NCBI GenBank assembly: GCA_002633005.1
Contig: NMRA01000020.1
Location: 1,273,650-1,337,649, forward strand
DNA: 64,000 nucleotides
DNA from: Phoronis australis
Taxonomy: Eukaryota > Animalia > Phoronida
Reading direction: 5' to 3'
Positions 1-12,820 of the stretch are shown piece by piece (the first letter of the stretch is position 1; every line of letters starts with the position of its first letter). Both the position numbers and the translations under genes were made by a program. The notes beneath the pieces are model-generated. The model saw only the letters and a program-made list of their open reading frames with translations. It did not search any database and had not been told where the DNA came from.

Positions 1-758
1 GGCTGTCATGTGCAATTAGTCACATCTGGTTTAATTTGTTGATCAAGAATATTAAAATCAAGCATAGCCTGATCCTATGCACTCCCTGGGACTAACAGTT
101 GATTTGTCATTGATCTGAAAGAATAATATTTATTGATGTTATTAAATATAATATTTTTATTAAAATAGTAAACCAGACTCGCAATTGAAAGAAAAATTAT
201 TTGACCATCAATTCTGTTTTCTTGGTTGTAATAATTCTTACGTCTATTTCATGTGTTAGATTTCAAGTATCAATTTGGACCAAGTTGAATTTTAAAATTA
301 AAACACCTAATTCGTTCGTCCAAAACGTAACCTCGTTTCAGAACTCAATTTCATTTAACTGGAAAATGAAATCATAGTTATCATGTTTCTGCAGGAACCT
401 CGTTCATCCGAGGGGAAAGGTGCCAGTGCCTACTGAGAGGGGATTTTTTCGTCGTGTGAGGGCGGTAACAGTCTACCTCCCGATCACCATCAATAGCACC
501 CTCGCCCTGTTGCAAGCTCTCAGAGGCTCTGTCTCATTTTAAAGTAGCCTTTTGTGCTCTTAAAAATTGTCACCTGTGTGGTTACAGGTTATGTGAACTC
601 AGATTTTTCACTAGGGGAATTTTTATGCCTCGTGGGGGGAATTTCGCGTGATATTTCAATATTTTGAGAGGGGAATAGGGCCGATATTGGGCCCTAAATT
701 TGAGGGATTGAGGGCTCTGTCCTTTTTGGAAAGAAAAATTATAATGTTTCAACCCGTG

Positions 759-969
759 CAGGGGCGGATCCAGGATTTTGAATTAAGGGGGGCAGGCACA
801 GGAATAAGCAGCATTTCGGCAGATGCGCGCGCCCAGCCTAAAATCTGGGGATGCAGGGGTCTTGAATTCTTGGGTTTGCGGACCTGTTGACTAAAAAAAC
901 GGTAAACGGGGTTCATTCAGCGCCTATGCGTTGTTTACTCACCCCCAAGACCCCCTGGCTGCGCACGTG
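759..969 (+). mobile_element. GC-rich MITE-like element (CAGGGGCGGATCCAGG terminus)
   Basis: The 5' end CAGGGGCGGATCCAGGATTTTGAATTAAGGGGG closely matches 52852 onward (CAGGGGCGTATCCAGGATTTTGAGTTAGGGGG). The right end is approximate. Confidence 0.5.
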
Positions 970-1560
970 TGCTAGTCAGCAATTCGCACCCGCACGCGTA
1001 AACCTGTGAAACCCGCACGCGTTACGTACTGACAGGCTTGAAATTAGAATTCCATAACGCACGGCTGGTATGCATTGCTGACTCGTGTGGGGACAACTGA
1101 CTTTTCTGGGTGCTTCCCACTCGTTCTTTCCGGCTTCGAGATCGTACTGAATGCCCAAGACTCCCTTACCATCTTAGTGAAACGGGATTGGGACTGGTCA
1201 AAACGGGAACTTCAGACAAACACATGCATGCAATGTATAATACCTTGCACGGGTTGACAACGTTTAACATGTGCGTAACTGGTTTGAGTCGCGCTTTCGA
1301 AATCGCGCTCAACAGAAATATGGTTTGACAGGGTTCTACGTAAAACAAGTACGGATCCACTACTGGCTTGAAATAAATGAACGTAGGAATTATTGGTACT
1401 AGGCATGGAACAAACATGGGACAAAAGAGCATTGACCCAATGAAAGTGACAAAGTAGGGAATCCGACCCCCTGGACTCCCATTTAGATTTTAATTGCCCG
1501 GATACTTCACGAACCTAAATCTTTCGATTACTTAACAGCTAAGTTTGTAGCAGTGATTAC

Positions 1561-1758
1561 CTCCAACCCATGTGCTACCACAGACTCCGCCTTTTTCACA
1601 TTGGCAGGTTTCGATATTGAAGAAGGGAGTGTCTTTTGGACAGTTAACTGCATAGCCTTTCATCATCGTTTGAGTGTGATGGCGTACAAAGGTATTGCAG
1701 TCCCTCTCTAGAACCAACGTATACGTGTAATCGCCTTTTTTGCAGAATGAACCGCTTG
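1561..1758 (-). CDS. Exon encoding a chitin-binding type-2 (CBM14/peritrophin-A)-like domain; third identified exon of the Pro-rich/CBM14 gene
   Basis: Acceptor tttttgtttttgcttttag, donor G|gtaatc, 198 bp, phase 1-1. Translation SGSFCKKGDYTYTLVLERDCNTFVRHHTQTMMKGYAVNCPKDTPFFNIETCQCEKGGVC has CBM14-like C..C..F...CP....FN....C spacing. Confidence 0.7.
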
Positions 1759-3756
1759 CTAAAAGCAAAAACAAAAATTTGTATTACAACAATGGGACAT
1801 TTCCTCATGCCTCAGAAAAATCTGGAAACATCTGGAAGAAAATAAAAAGGGGAAGCAAGTGAACATGTTGACATTTCCAACAATAAATCTAATGGACAGA
1901 TATGGAGTGTTAATCCTGAAATTAAGGGCGGCGCATGAAAAGGGTTGGAATCTGAATTCGAAGAAAAGATTCTGGGCTCAGATTTGAGATTAGATCGCGG
2001 AAGACGGAACTGTGCGGACGACAAATAGATACCACCACGGTTTAGTTTGCCACTTGTTTTTAGACGCTGTTAACAAATCAAGCGTCATTTGTCAACCTTA
2101 AATTGAAAACTTGAGCTCAAATCAGTTCTTTCTTTGAAAGACTACCCAGTGGAAGAGGCCAGGGGTTAATACAATCTAAACATCACCAGTCGATTTTTTG
2201 GTATCCCCACGATCTGCGATAAAAGCTGGTTTGGTAGCGTTGGAAGTATCAAGCAGCCACTCAACAGAAGTACCCCCTTAGACGGTGGAACTGTTGTCAA
2301 CTTGGTATCACCAGACACGCATAAAACATTCACACACATCCAAAGATTTTCTTTGTTTTATGCTATATCTCTACATGATTAGGCATTGTTTCTTGACATC
2401 ACTTGTGTAGGCTGAGTGGGACACGTGAGAGGGGAGGGAAGGCTACAAGGACGTGTGGAATCAGGCAGTACCGGGGAAGCTTTAAGTTTTTAGGATTACA
2501 GTAAATGTGACCGTACAGTGCTGAGGCGCAGAATGTTGCTTAGGAATCGTATCAAGATGTCACAGCTGCGCTCATCGAGTTACCTATGATACCTGAACAT
2601 GGATTCGTTGAATAATGCTAAATGAACATGTGGAAGATTTCTGGTTCTATTCTACAATAACCGTAACAATCTACACAGGGTAAACCAGGCCAGAGAAGCA
2701 TTTTTTACATAAAAGACAGACATCCTCCAACACAGGATGGTCTCATGCAGACCATCTTTCAGGCTGGTTGTTTTTTGCTCAGACTGCACCAAAGAATTTA
2801 TAGGCGGCAAAGGGCAGTCCACCGAACTGTCCTCCAAAGAGAAGGCCCCTTCGGAAAGATGGCCCGTTAGGGAAAGGTATATGATTAATAAACTGGCAAA
2901 GAGTGACCCGTGATTCCATCAAGAGGTGGCCATCCTTAACATAAAAGATTATACTATCTCAAAAAAGCAGGAAGAGGTATTTGATTCCTTCATTGGGGCA
3001 TCTCTACGTGATCGGCCCGGAGGAACAAAGAAAAACAATAAAAACAGAAAAGGATGCCATCAACAGGTTCCCTTCCAAGACTGAGACCCTTACATATGTA
3101 ACTTCAAAGCAGAAAAATGAGAAAATAGTGGCCACAGTTGATTTTATTTCCCCTCTCCAGAGGGAGGTCCCTGAAAAAATGCAGTGTCTAATTCAATTAA
3201 AAATTCTGAGTCAATTTGCTCATCACAATCTGTGCATGAGCAAGTTTTCTAGGTCATTTCCGGGTTATGTGTGACCAAGAGCATGTTTTTAGATAAATTC
3301 AGATGATCTATACTACAAAAACCTGTTTCACCCTAACATAAATGGACTGGTTAAGGTTTCCAAAGGGTAAATTCAACACTGGTAGGTTTTATTTAAATTC
3401 TCATATATTTTATCTCTTCTACTGTTCTTGTCTTTCTTTTCTTAACTGTTGCTGCACCGCGCCCCCGGCCCATCGCATATGCCGACCGCCACTGTTTCAG
3501 TCTGTCGCCCAACCCGCTTCTTACGCCCCCTTACACTCAATGCTAGAGCAGAAGAAAACAGAAAAAGCGAGAGAAACAACCGAATTGTGCAGCCGATGCT
3601 CCTTTGTTGACCGGTAACGATCTGACTGATCCATTGACTAGGTTGGTGTACATAACAGTTTGATTGTAATAAAACTGTGCCATGAGAAAATGGCTTGAAA
3701 TATTAACCTGTTAAATACAAACCAAACATTTAAGCTCATTGTATTTTTAAGAACTA

Positions 3757-3965
3757 ATTACAGGCGGTCTGGCACACGTAAGTTGTGCCAGGTGTGGGCA
3801 GGCTCCTCAGCGGGGACAATTGCACTGATCGTCTGAAACCTTTTTATCGAGCTAAGGAGCCAAAGACTTTGAAGACTCAAGGGTCCAGCAGTGTGCCTTA
3901 GTGGGACGCGAACCCACAACCTCGAGTAAAGGAAGCGAACACATATCCCACAAGGCCACACCGCC
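3757..3965 (-). mobile_element. tRNA-derived SINE
   Basis: Minus-strand head has a Pol III A-box (GTGGCCTTGTGGGAT) and B-box (GGGTTCGCGTCCC) at tRNA-like spacing, followed by a non-tRNA body. Confidence 0.6.
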
Positions 3966-4162
3966 ACATTCATTGTATCTTTACATTAGTTGAACTTTAA
4001 TTTATAACGGAACACGCTGAAAAGGATTATATTTTGAAGCATTGCCACTGTATATCTGCTTGAGCCTTTTGGAACTTCTATTGGAAACTTCCGTCAAAAT
4101 CCCACCGTAACTGTCAGCACATATTCACACTCACATTCGAAAATACAAGAAAATATTCTTAC

Positions 4163-4363
4163 ACTGGAAGTACTTTGACGCGTCAGAAGAATCTGGACAT
4201 TTGGCGGAAAGTGAGAAGTCGCAAGAGCAAGTCTTCTTGTTGAACTGCAAACCGTCCGTACATATTTCACGCTTCGGATTTGGTGCTCTTAAGTCAGACT
4301 GGTACTCCCGGCACTCAGTTTGACGTATCAGCTTGAAGCACATACCGTAGCAGCAACTCACAT
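4163..4363 (-). CDS. Exon encoding a CBM14/peritrophin-A-like domain
   Basis: Acceptor tatatttag (weak), donor T|gtaaga, 201 bp, phase 1-1. Translation DVSCCYGMCFKLIRQTECREYQSDLRAPNPKREICTDGLQFNKKTCSCDFSLSAKC contains the C.DGL.FN.....CD......C signature. Confidence 0.7.
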
Positions 4364-5727
4364 CTAAATATAGACGTCTCACAACATATTCAAAGACATT
4401 AAAATCATTGTCACAGAAGTTGTGGATGCAACCGTTTTGTCAAAAAGCGGGGCTTTAGTCACAGTTGTCTGTGCTCTCTGTAGACCATGGATGGTTTTAA
4501 AAAATCTTTCTATTGTATAAAAGTCGTCTTTTGAGCAAAACTGATGGCAAAAATGTAATCTTTAAATGTTAAATAAAATACACAGTATGTGCAGCGACGT
4601 TCGAGCAATTATTCAACAAAAGAACATCCGCTTTTAATATCAAACTTAGGGTCCACCCGTGAGAGCTGATTTTTTTTTTATTTCTTATTGTTTTGCAGAT
4701 TCTGTGACCAGTTTTAAACACTAATTAATAATCTTAAAGTTCATTAAGGCGAAAACTATTTGGCAAAGCTAAAGTGAAGTTTTTAACTAAAGGGTGCTTT
4801 AACATGATAAGGAGGATGACTTTACAAACAGCAGAAATCCGAATTCGTGCCTTGCCATAGATACAGTAGCGCTTAACAGGCAGAAAGCATTTGCAAACCA
4901 AGCCTCTAAGGCAATCAACTTGCCAAGAAAGCTGCTGATAGATTCAAAGTGAAGCTATCTTGGATACGACAGACATATCCCATCGCGTCACAAAAATATT
5001 GCCGAAGTTACAAAGACGTTGTTGGTCGTATTATGAACAAGCGGACAACAAAATAGGGCGTTTGGAAAAAAGTAAATAAACTGTTGAGGTTTAAGCCGTG
5101 AAGTATAGGCTAACATTTTGAACCGTTTAGTTTGAAAGCACATCATGTTGAAAGGACATCGTTTGGGAATACGGTTTGTTGAAGATGGTTTGCTTTAAAA
5201 TCATTTTGAAACGACAACGAAAATGAAGATGCCAAGAGTATTCTGAACTTGTCTGCGTGCCATAAGATTGGAATTACAATGACGTTGGCTTGATTTATAA
5301 AAACGATTGAAATCTCAATAACTGGCAAACTGACACAACACGAACGAGGTGTGACTCCATGTTTCACAATTTGTCTATTTTCTGCAATAATTTCAACCAT
5401 TTTATAACACATAATTGATCATTTTTATCCGCCATGTGCCAACGTAAGGAATTTGTTAATGAAACTGCATCAGCCTTAAAGTCTATAAAACCCCATCATT
5501 CTATTGGTGTAGGTTTTGTCCTTTCAAGAAACAGCATTCATTTCAGAGTAGGAAAGTTATCACTGACAGCAGAGTTTGCCATAAGCACAACCACCTGATT
5601 AGAGAGCAAATGAAATGTGTTAGTACACTATCGACTCTGTATGACAATACTGAGTAATCACGGCCTTTTTAGCTCAGTAGCTGCTTTTACTTGTATTAGA
5701 TGTTGCTTAGGAGAATTGTAATCGTAC

Positions 5728-6117
5728 CTGGATGATTCACGTCTACCTTTTTCTCCTCAGCGGCCTCTTGCCCGGGTGCTGCTCCTACACCAGGCGGACC
5801 CGGTGGTCTATCGGGCAAAGCGGGTAGACCATTTATCCCGAGTTCATCAGAATCTTTGCTGTTCCGAGGACGTGGCGGTAACTCGATAAACCTAATTCCA
5901 GTATCCTTATGAGAAGGCGGCCCGGGCTCAAAAATCATCGGTGGTTTCGCAATTTCTAAAGGAGGTGGTTCGTTGCTCTTGGACCTCATCGGTACATCGT
6001 CGTCGTGCAATGATGGTGACATTCTACTGCCAGGTCGCGAGTCCTCTTGAAATATTCCAAATATTTCCATTGGATTAGGACGTGGTCCAAATGGAAGATT
6101 TCGCTTGTCTCTCTCTT
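5728..6117 (-). CDS. Proline-rich low-complexity exon, upstream of the CBM14 exons
   Basis: Acceptor tgttcattttcag, donor CAG|gtacga, 390 bp open, phase 1-1 and compatible with exon 4163-4363. Begins ERDKRNLPFGPRP (dibasic KR) and is Pro/Gly-rich. No upstream signal-peptide exon was identified. Confidence 0.65.
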
Positions 6118-7441
6118 CTGAAAATGAACAACTTCGGATAATATTCCGATTTAAAATGAAAGCCACATACGACGGCAATAAGGGGAAATTCAAAATGGTC
6201 AAGAAAGCATTGGTAAACACATGAAGATAATGGGCTGCAGAAAAACTCGTCATGATAGAGGTTCCATAGGCAACGCAAAACGGACCAGGGTTTTCAGAAG
6301 GCTTTGGGGGTGTAATTAAGGTCTATACATGCAGAAAATCTCGTCATAGTAAAGTCTGTTATGATATAAACCACAAAACCAGGTGATGAACCGACGAGTC
6401 GGCTCACCAAGAAACACTACACAACATGTTGAAATCGACGACATTTCGAGACTTCGCTCAAAAATATTTCAGCAGAAATAGGGAAACAGAAAAATGAAGT
6501 CCAGTCATCAAAAACAGAAATTGCCGCTTGATATTTTTGATACCTCATAGTACATAGTGGTTTTTAGCCTGAGAATACTGCATGCAGTTTCATATGGAGA
6601 TGATCCGACGGTGTATTAGTAAAATAATCCACGCTTGTGATGGCGTAAGTAAATGTAAAATAAAGGCGAAAGGTCTAGAGCGCGATACCTCGCAACATGC
6701 GCATAAGTTTGTCTTAAAATCTTACATGTATGTACCATCCGGGGTCAGTTTCGGGCATAGACTATATTACGTGAAATGCCAACTCTATATACTTTGAGTG
6801 CAAGAGATTTGTGATCTTAAAGCCCTCGTAGAACAGTTAAATTAACTTTTAGGCATGGTCAAAACACCTGTTTATGTTCCTTAAATTATAGCAGACAATT
6901 ACATTTATAAGTCAAATTTGTTTTTAAGCTATTTTTATGCCAAAACATAGTAAATATCCGCGTCAGTACTTGTGAAAAAAATCAGGTGGCGCTGTGCGGT
7001 TAACCGAATGACTTTTGTGTCCGAGTCTGTGTGAAGCTCACAAGCGTAATGCGCGTTGTCGGCGATGTTTTCAATCGACAAAGGGTGGACGTCAAACGGA
7101 CAGAGCCTTTGAAATTGGTTTCATGTCCTTATAGCCATCGTTTTACATCACCATAATTGAGTGCGCACATCCTAGGACGGATGACTAACTCCGCCTGCGG
7201 GAGGGTGGAACACTGTCGACTTTGTTAGCGGGCGATCAGGGAATTATCCATCGGGCGGGGCTAGCAAAAGATTTTCACATGATTGCCGTATCACAACTCG
7301 AAATCAACCGCGTAGTCATATTTTTACTATATTTCTCACTACAAGTTGCTAAAACGATAACAAAGCGACATGCAGAACTTACTACTCGAAATACACATCG
7401 CGATCTTTTCCCTTTCATATCGTTCATTCACTTACTTAAAT

Positions 7442-8359
7442 TAGGCCGGTCGAATCAAATTTTTTTCGTTATGAGAAACTTTTGCACTATCATCGAAAAG
7501 ATAATGCATCCTACTCAATAAAATCGAAAAATTATCAAACCAGGACAAGCATTGCAAAGTTATTGCAATTTTGTGGCGAAATTTGAGTCAGTACTTGTTT
7601 GGATCTGGTCGGACATCTTGGGATAAGTTACGAGTTTAAAACTTTGTATTAAATTATTTTCATTGATAATTTACAATGAAATTTAGTGAGACATATCTTT
7701 ACTTACTATTCTGCGCGATTCAACAGTTTTCAACAAATTTCAGCCTCGAAGAGGTTACTTATTTAGTGATAAAAGTGCTCACAATTCCCGTCGGCGGCAA
7801 GGACGACATGGCGAGTTTTGCTGAACTGAAAGGCATGTTCAACCGGCTACTTTACAATTTGTGAAGATTTAACGTTGATAAATTTTGACAAGTGCTGCTA
7901 CAAAAAAGCAACTTTGTTCAATTTTCACGTTTTTAATGCAAAAATGTGAGGAATATTCTAGTTATTTTACTATGAATTTCCCTTACAGGAGATCTTACAC
8001 TCACCTAAAAAATAGTCGAAATATTTTTTAAACGGTTTTTTGTTTGACAGTCAACTGCTCTCTCATAATTTGTTTACTTGGCTGCCATGACAAAATCCAC
8101 AGGTTTCTTTGTATCTTTTTCGCACTCAACTCGGGCTACATTAGTATGACTATTTATGCATTGTTTAGAGGGGGTGGGTTGCTCATAAAACTGGGCGAAG
8201 AATTTTTATTTTTGTGTTTTTCTTAATGTAGAAATTTCCAATTTAATTTTAAATTTTACAAAAAAGGACTTCTAACAAAAAAATCTTTGTCCTGATTCCA
8301 AAAATTGACCTTATTTTCTTAAATAAATAACCTTCACACCCTTGGTGAGGACTATCCTA
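7442..8359 (+). mobile_element. Non-autonomous DNA transposon with TAGG termini, copy 1
   Basis: About 620 bp is colinear with 22118-22736. The right end GGACTATCCTA is the inverted match of the copy-2 left end TAGGGCAGTCC. No TSD was seen. Confidence 0.65.
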
Positions 8360-9001
8360 GTGAGCATATACAGCAAAATCGGTCACTTGCCGGTGTGCCG
8401 TCCATTTTGCGTGGTATTAATTTTGAACTCAAGGTCGGAAAAAAACGTCCCGTGGAGTATGAAAATGCAATTGAAGTCCGTGAAATTTGGATTATGATTG
8501 TTTCTGGGCCTTTTAATGTGAGATTTGTTTGATAGATTAAATTTCCACGCGCTTTAAAAATTGCTAAACTTTGATGTTCAGCACGGCCGCGTTTCACGTG
8601 ACTGAGATTTCTGAATCTGGGCCTTCATTCAAAGGTAAAATTTTACACTTCAGAACTTGGGACATTGAAAATGACCTATCCAAAAACAAATTGGCCGACT
8701 ACGACTGCCTTACCTAAATTCACGCGCCCCATTACGTTCCTTACTAGCTGTCATTAATTGATTAAGGGCATAGCGAACTCCAGTTCAAGCTCCTAACCCA
8801 GCACACAAAATTTAGGGCCAGGTTTTACAGAGTTTGAAAGGGCTAAACAAAGTAAAACTTGGCATGTCGTCGTCAACTTAACGTGGACTTCCCTGATGCT
8901 GCCTGTCACATTTGACGACCTTTATGAATGCCTGGCACGAGCTTCCAAATCCACTAGCTGATCGGTCAAGAGCCGTGTCCCGAAAGTGAATGAGTCTAAA
9001 C

Positions 9002-9088
9002 CATAGACATCTTTTAAGATGTCTATCGTTTAGACCCATTCATAGACATCACAGTATAGTATTAAAATACTATACTGTGATGTCTATG
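9002..9088. mobile_element. Compound CATAGAC...GTCTATG hairpin micro-element with 8-bp TSD
   Basis: GTCTAAAC at 8994-9001 and 9089-9096. Two hairpins: 9002-9027, and 9041-9088 with perfect 23-bp arms. Confidence 0.8.
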
Positions 9089-10548
9089 GTCTAAACGTTC
9101 ACGTCACTTAGCGCTGATTGGTTAAAAAATCTCAGGCTTTGGGCAAACGACGAAGTACGTAGGTGTCACAATTAATCATGTTATTAATTAACAGGTGCTG
9201 TATGGTTATTAAAACACACGTTTTTAGAATCATAAAGACATATATTTTGAATACAAGCGAGCGTTTGTTCCTTATTCTTCGAGGGCTTTAAGAACAAACC
9301 AGAATCAAAATACCCTATTATTGTTGGCGGCAACGTCCGTATTCACTGTCGGACTCTTATGCTTCCGGTATGTACGCCAGCTGACTTAGGCATTGTTCCG
9401 GACTCTAACGAGCTGAACATCTGCACGGCTTCGAGCAAACCGAAAATACCACGTTCATTCGATACATACAATATTTGTCAGTTTCATGCAATGGCATAAA
9501 TTTAACTCACTGGTTACATGCAAATATATAAAGGTAAGTTTGTGCAACTGATTTCCTGGGCAGGCTACACCAACTCGAGAAACATTGTTGGCTATAGTCT
9601 TTACACGAAGTTAGGTGGACCTTTTTAAAAAGGCATTTCGCCGCTGTTCACAGAAGCGATTATATGGTATAAAATATTACTACGTTCATCCGATGTAGAA
9701 TTGCAATGCGCACATGGGTCATTTTTGGCAATTTGTTGGTTGGTGAACCCCATTAAACCCCCAAAACGTTTCTTAAGTCGCTGATTATTTCGCTGTTCTC
9801 GTTGGTAACGGAAATAAATCCTCTCAGGGTTATCACGATAACGAAATGTATTATTCTGTGTTCCTTCAGAGTTTCTGGCGGGTGATCACAGTGTGTCTCA
9901 GCACTGACGGGCAGGGCAGCATTTAAATAGGGCTCGGGTCTCCGTTATTTATTTCATGTTTTTGCCGGAGAAAGACTACAGCTTCCATCTTATAAAAATA
10001 CTAAAATCTTGTGACGAAGTGATTCCGATAATTTGTTGTGAAGTGTAGGCAGTCATTGTAAGAAGAACGCTCCTATAAGTTTAAACGCAAATTTCAATAA
10101 ACACGTTTGTTCATACCATTATTTAATGTTAGCCTTGTTTAAGGTAAATACTTTGAGGTGTAGAAGTGATATCTTTTTCTAAAATCTGTTGGTCTATTTA
10201 CACCAACCTCTCATATTTACATCGGCACAATGTTTCGGTCTGGAATCCAATGTGAATTTGGCGAATCCTACACCAGTGAAACATTAAGGTCACTGTGAAC
10301 AAGGATTTCTAAACACAAGAAATGTTGCAGAGAAGGCAAGAGCTCAGAAGAACACAAACAACATTACATCCAGTGGGACAATATCCAGATCCTTGAGTGA
10401 AATAGGCTGACCATAAAAAAGATAAAGGGAGACATGCACATAAAGGTACACAGCAATGTCTTCAGTCAGCCTGATAAGCAGCACAGTAACACCTGACTAC
10501 CACTCCTAAGGAAGAAAAAAGTACAACACGTCCCTCGTACTTAATATG

Positions 10549-10720
10549 TGACACGGTGGTGTACTGGTTAGAGTACCGATCTAACAATCTAAAGGTTTAG
10601 CCGTTCAATACCAGGTTACGCACAAACAAATAAAACAGGGCTCATCACTGACCCCCATGGGTGTATCATACAACCTCGCTCTTTGTTCTAAGAACGCCCT
10701 AAAGAAATATCAACCGCTAC
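10549..10720 (+). mobile_element. tRNA-derived SINE (degenerate)
   Basis: A-box GGTGGTGTACTGGTTAG and B-box-like GTTCAATACC at tRNA spacing, with no intact cloverleaf. The 3' end is approximate. Confidence 0.5.
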
Positions 10721-10790
10721 GTCGTGCTAATGCAAGAAGGCTAGAATTGGGTGTAAATTAGTATTATGACAGACAGTGAAATGATTCAAA

Positions 10791-10823
10791 CATAGACGTC
10801 ACATTAGTGTTAAGATGTCTATA
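10791..10823. mobile_element. 33-bp CATAGAC hairpin micro-element with 8-bp TSD
   Basis: GATTCAAA|CATAGACGTCACATTAGTGTTAAGATGTCTATA|GATTCAAA. Confidence 0.75.
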
Positions 10824-12179
10824 GATTCAAAACTACCTGGCGATACTACCTTCCACTGCACACTTTATGCAATGGCGGCGAATTGTCCCGCTTTCCCTTT
10901 TGACTGAACAAAAAAAAATTCCGGGCTTCACTACCTCTCCCCTGCTGTTCTTGGTTACACATAACTTTTTCACTGTTGGTTTTATTTTCATTTATTCTAT
11001 AGGATTACAAAAAGGTGTCCAAATGACAATATCGTGACGTCACAAGGCGTTTTTATCCACGGGACATCCCTCAGTACTGAATAAAAATTAATAAGTTCAC
11101 TGAGCTTGCAAGTCTGAAACTGCAATAGCGCAAACAAACAACTTACGGACTCCATCAGTGGCTTTACTGTTCTCTGACCTGAGGTCTCTCGAACTGGCAA
11201 TAGACACAAACACTGAAAGGAGACCGAGTCTATTTGTTTTCCATAACTCACACTCACAGAGTAGATCAGACACTGCCAATTCTTTAACTAAGTACTCATC
11301 AACGAGATGGCTAGTTCGTGTCATGCAACACTTTGTATTATTTGTAACATCGAACTCTTCGCATTGATTATTTATATAGTTTGATTAAAATCAGAACAAT
11401 TATGGCTGGCTAATAAATGACTAAATTGTAAGCGAGAGCGTTGTTATTTACTGTTATTCAGGTTATACCGCAATTTCCTTTCAGAGTCTTGATTAAACGC
11501 AAACAGAAATGCACTATTTTACAAAATCTCTCACCAGCCATGAGAACGCAGAGCATGGTTGGGCCCCGATCTTGTTCCGGAGACATTCTGACTCACTCTC
11601 AGGGATAGCCTTGGCTAATTGTTGACAAAATAACACGACACCATGACGTCATGATATTTGCACAGATGGCAATACCATCCATGCTCATTCGATTCGAAAT
11701 TCGTCCACTTCCACGTACTGACGATTCCATGTAAATTACTACATATAGACCGGTATAGATGAACGAGGTATCAACATCTGACCACGAGAGCATTGTCAGT
11801 ACACCTCAGTGTGCCCAGAAATGGACGTCTGCACTGTGGGTGTGACCCCTGAGGGCCTTACAAAGGGCTCAAAAATGAGATAGGCTAGATATTCGAGGTA
11901 TCGTCCATCAACGAACAATAGTACCGCACTGAACACCAAATGACCCAAGACAGACAAATTGCACTCTGAAATGGGTCCGACAGAAACCAAAAATGGACTC
12001 CCCAAAAAAATGAGCAAGCACATACATTCGAGGCACCAAACAAAACCAATTCCATGAGATTCAATACATGTCAAAGGTCACTAAATGCCCTATGACATGG
12101 TTTTCTTTTAAAGACCAGCACCTTCAAAAAGGACATCAGGAACGGCCGATCCACTAAACCATTCGGGAGTGTAGAATAC

Positions 12180-12380
12180 ATCTTGTATCTTCCGACCGTA
12201 ATTAAGAGAATCCAAAACGTTTCCCGGATCGGCCGAATCCGCTTGATTCCTGAGCATGATGACAACGTAATGAGCTCGTTTGAGCTTGTTCAATACTGTC
12301 TTTCGGCAAGGAGGAAGCAATGCGCAGTCAATCTTCTTGATGTTGGACATCGGCTTTTCCTGAAATAAATAGTGACACAA
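12180..12380 (-). pseudogene. Fragment of a DNA-transposon protein C-terminal region (Academ-like)
   Basis: LLPPCRKTVLNKLKRAHYVVIM...NYGR resembles the LPP..L..H..RA.Y...W...P..GW motif of such proteins. The family call is from memory and the fragment is short and degenerate. Confidence 0.4.
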
Positions 12381-12639
12381 TTTTATTGACTAGGGACCAT
12401 ATTGTCTAACAGCTGACGAGCAAAACCATAGAGCCTCACCACCACTTCCTGTTTTTTTTTAAGTATGAAGTGAAACTGGGCCTTTTGGTTTAATGCTATG
12501 AAAACATTTGAAATTATTTTCGTTGTTTTTATGAACTATATTTTATCAATTACAGTTATTTACCTTGTTTATTTTCCGGTCATCTCGATTAATTTCAGAT
12601 GTCTCGCTTCATTAACATCTTTGACTCCTCCAGTGCTGT

Positions 12640-12820
12640 AGTGGGGCATAGGCGCAAGTAGGGGCAGCCAATCACCTTTTGCAATTTGACGTAGCGCCTG
12701 CACACCGTAAGTTACGGTATAGTGGGACGTGGGCGCACGTACGCGCAGCCAACCACCTTGTTACGTTTTAACGTAGCCCCTACGCACCGTAATTTAAGTG
12801 AGGGTATGGTGGGACGTAGT
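12640..12820 (+). repeat. Diverged tandem repeat, about 80-bp unit, just over 2 copies
   Basis: GTGGG..GCGCA.GTA..GCAGCCAA.CACCTT...ACGTAGC.CCT.C.CACCGTAA is repeated, and a third GTGGGACGT starts near 12810. Confidence 0.6.

Larger units (their letters stand above)
6821..9287. mobile_element. TTAA-flanked Kolobok-like non-autonomous DNA transposon carrying nested insertions
   Basis: TTAA|AGCCCTCGTAGAAC at the left end and ATTCTTCGAGGGCT|TTAA at the right end give short TIRs starting AG with a TTAA target duplication. Confidence 0.6.

Noticed and set aside
1244-1398. Candidate further exon of the CBM14 gene (acceptor ccatgcctag, open in phase 1)
   Set aside because: The donor is weak and the translation has no recognisable domain. 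It remains possible but is unsupported.
2050-3360. Possible decayed DIRS/LTR retroelement
   Set aside because: No RT, RNase H or recombinase motif could be read convincingly.
3890-3965. tRNA gene (similar case at 10549-10620)
   Set aside because: A and B boxes are present but there is no proper cloverleaf; treated as SINE heads.
4364-4478. Upstream extension of the CBM14 exon from acceptor tctacag
   Set aside because: Two in-frame stops (TAA, TGA); the acceptor at 4364-4365 gives an open exon instead.
9340-9540. Plus-strand first exon (donor AAG|gtaagt at about 9533)
   Set aside because: No coding frame or credible downstream coding exon was found.
10997-11330. Possible hAT transposase remnant (CECELWK)
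   Set aside because: A single short motif is not enough evidence.
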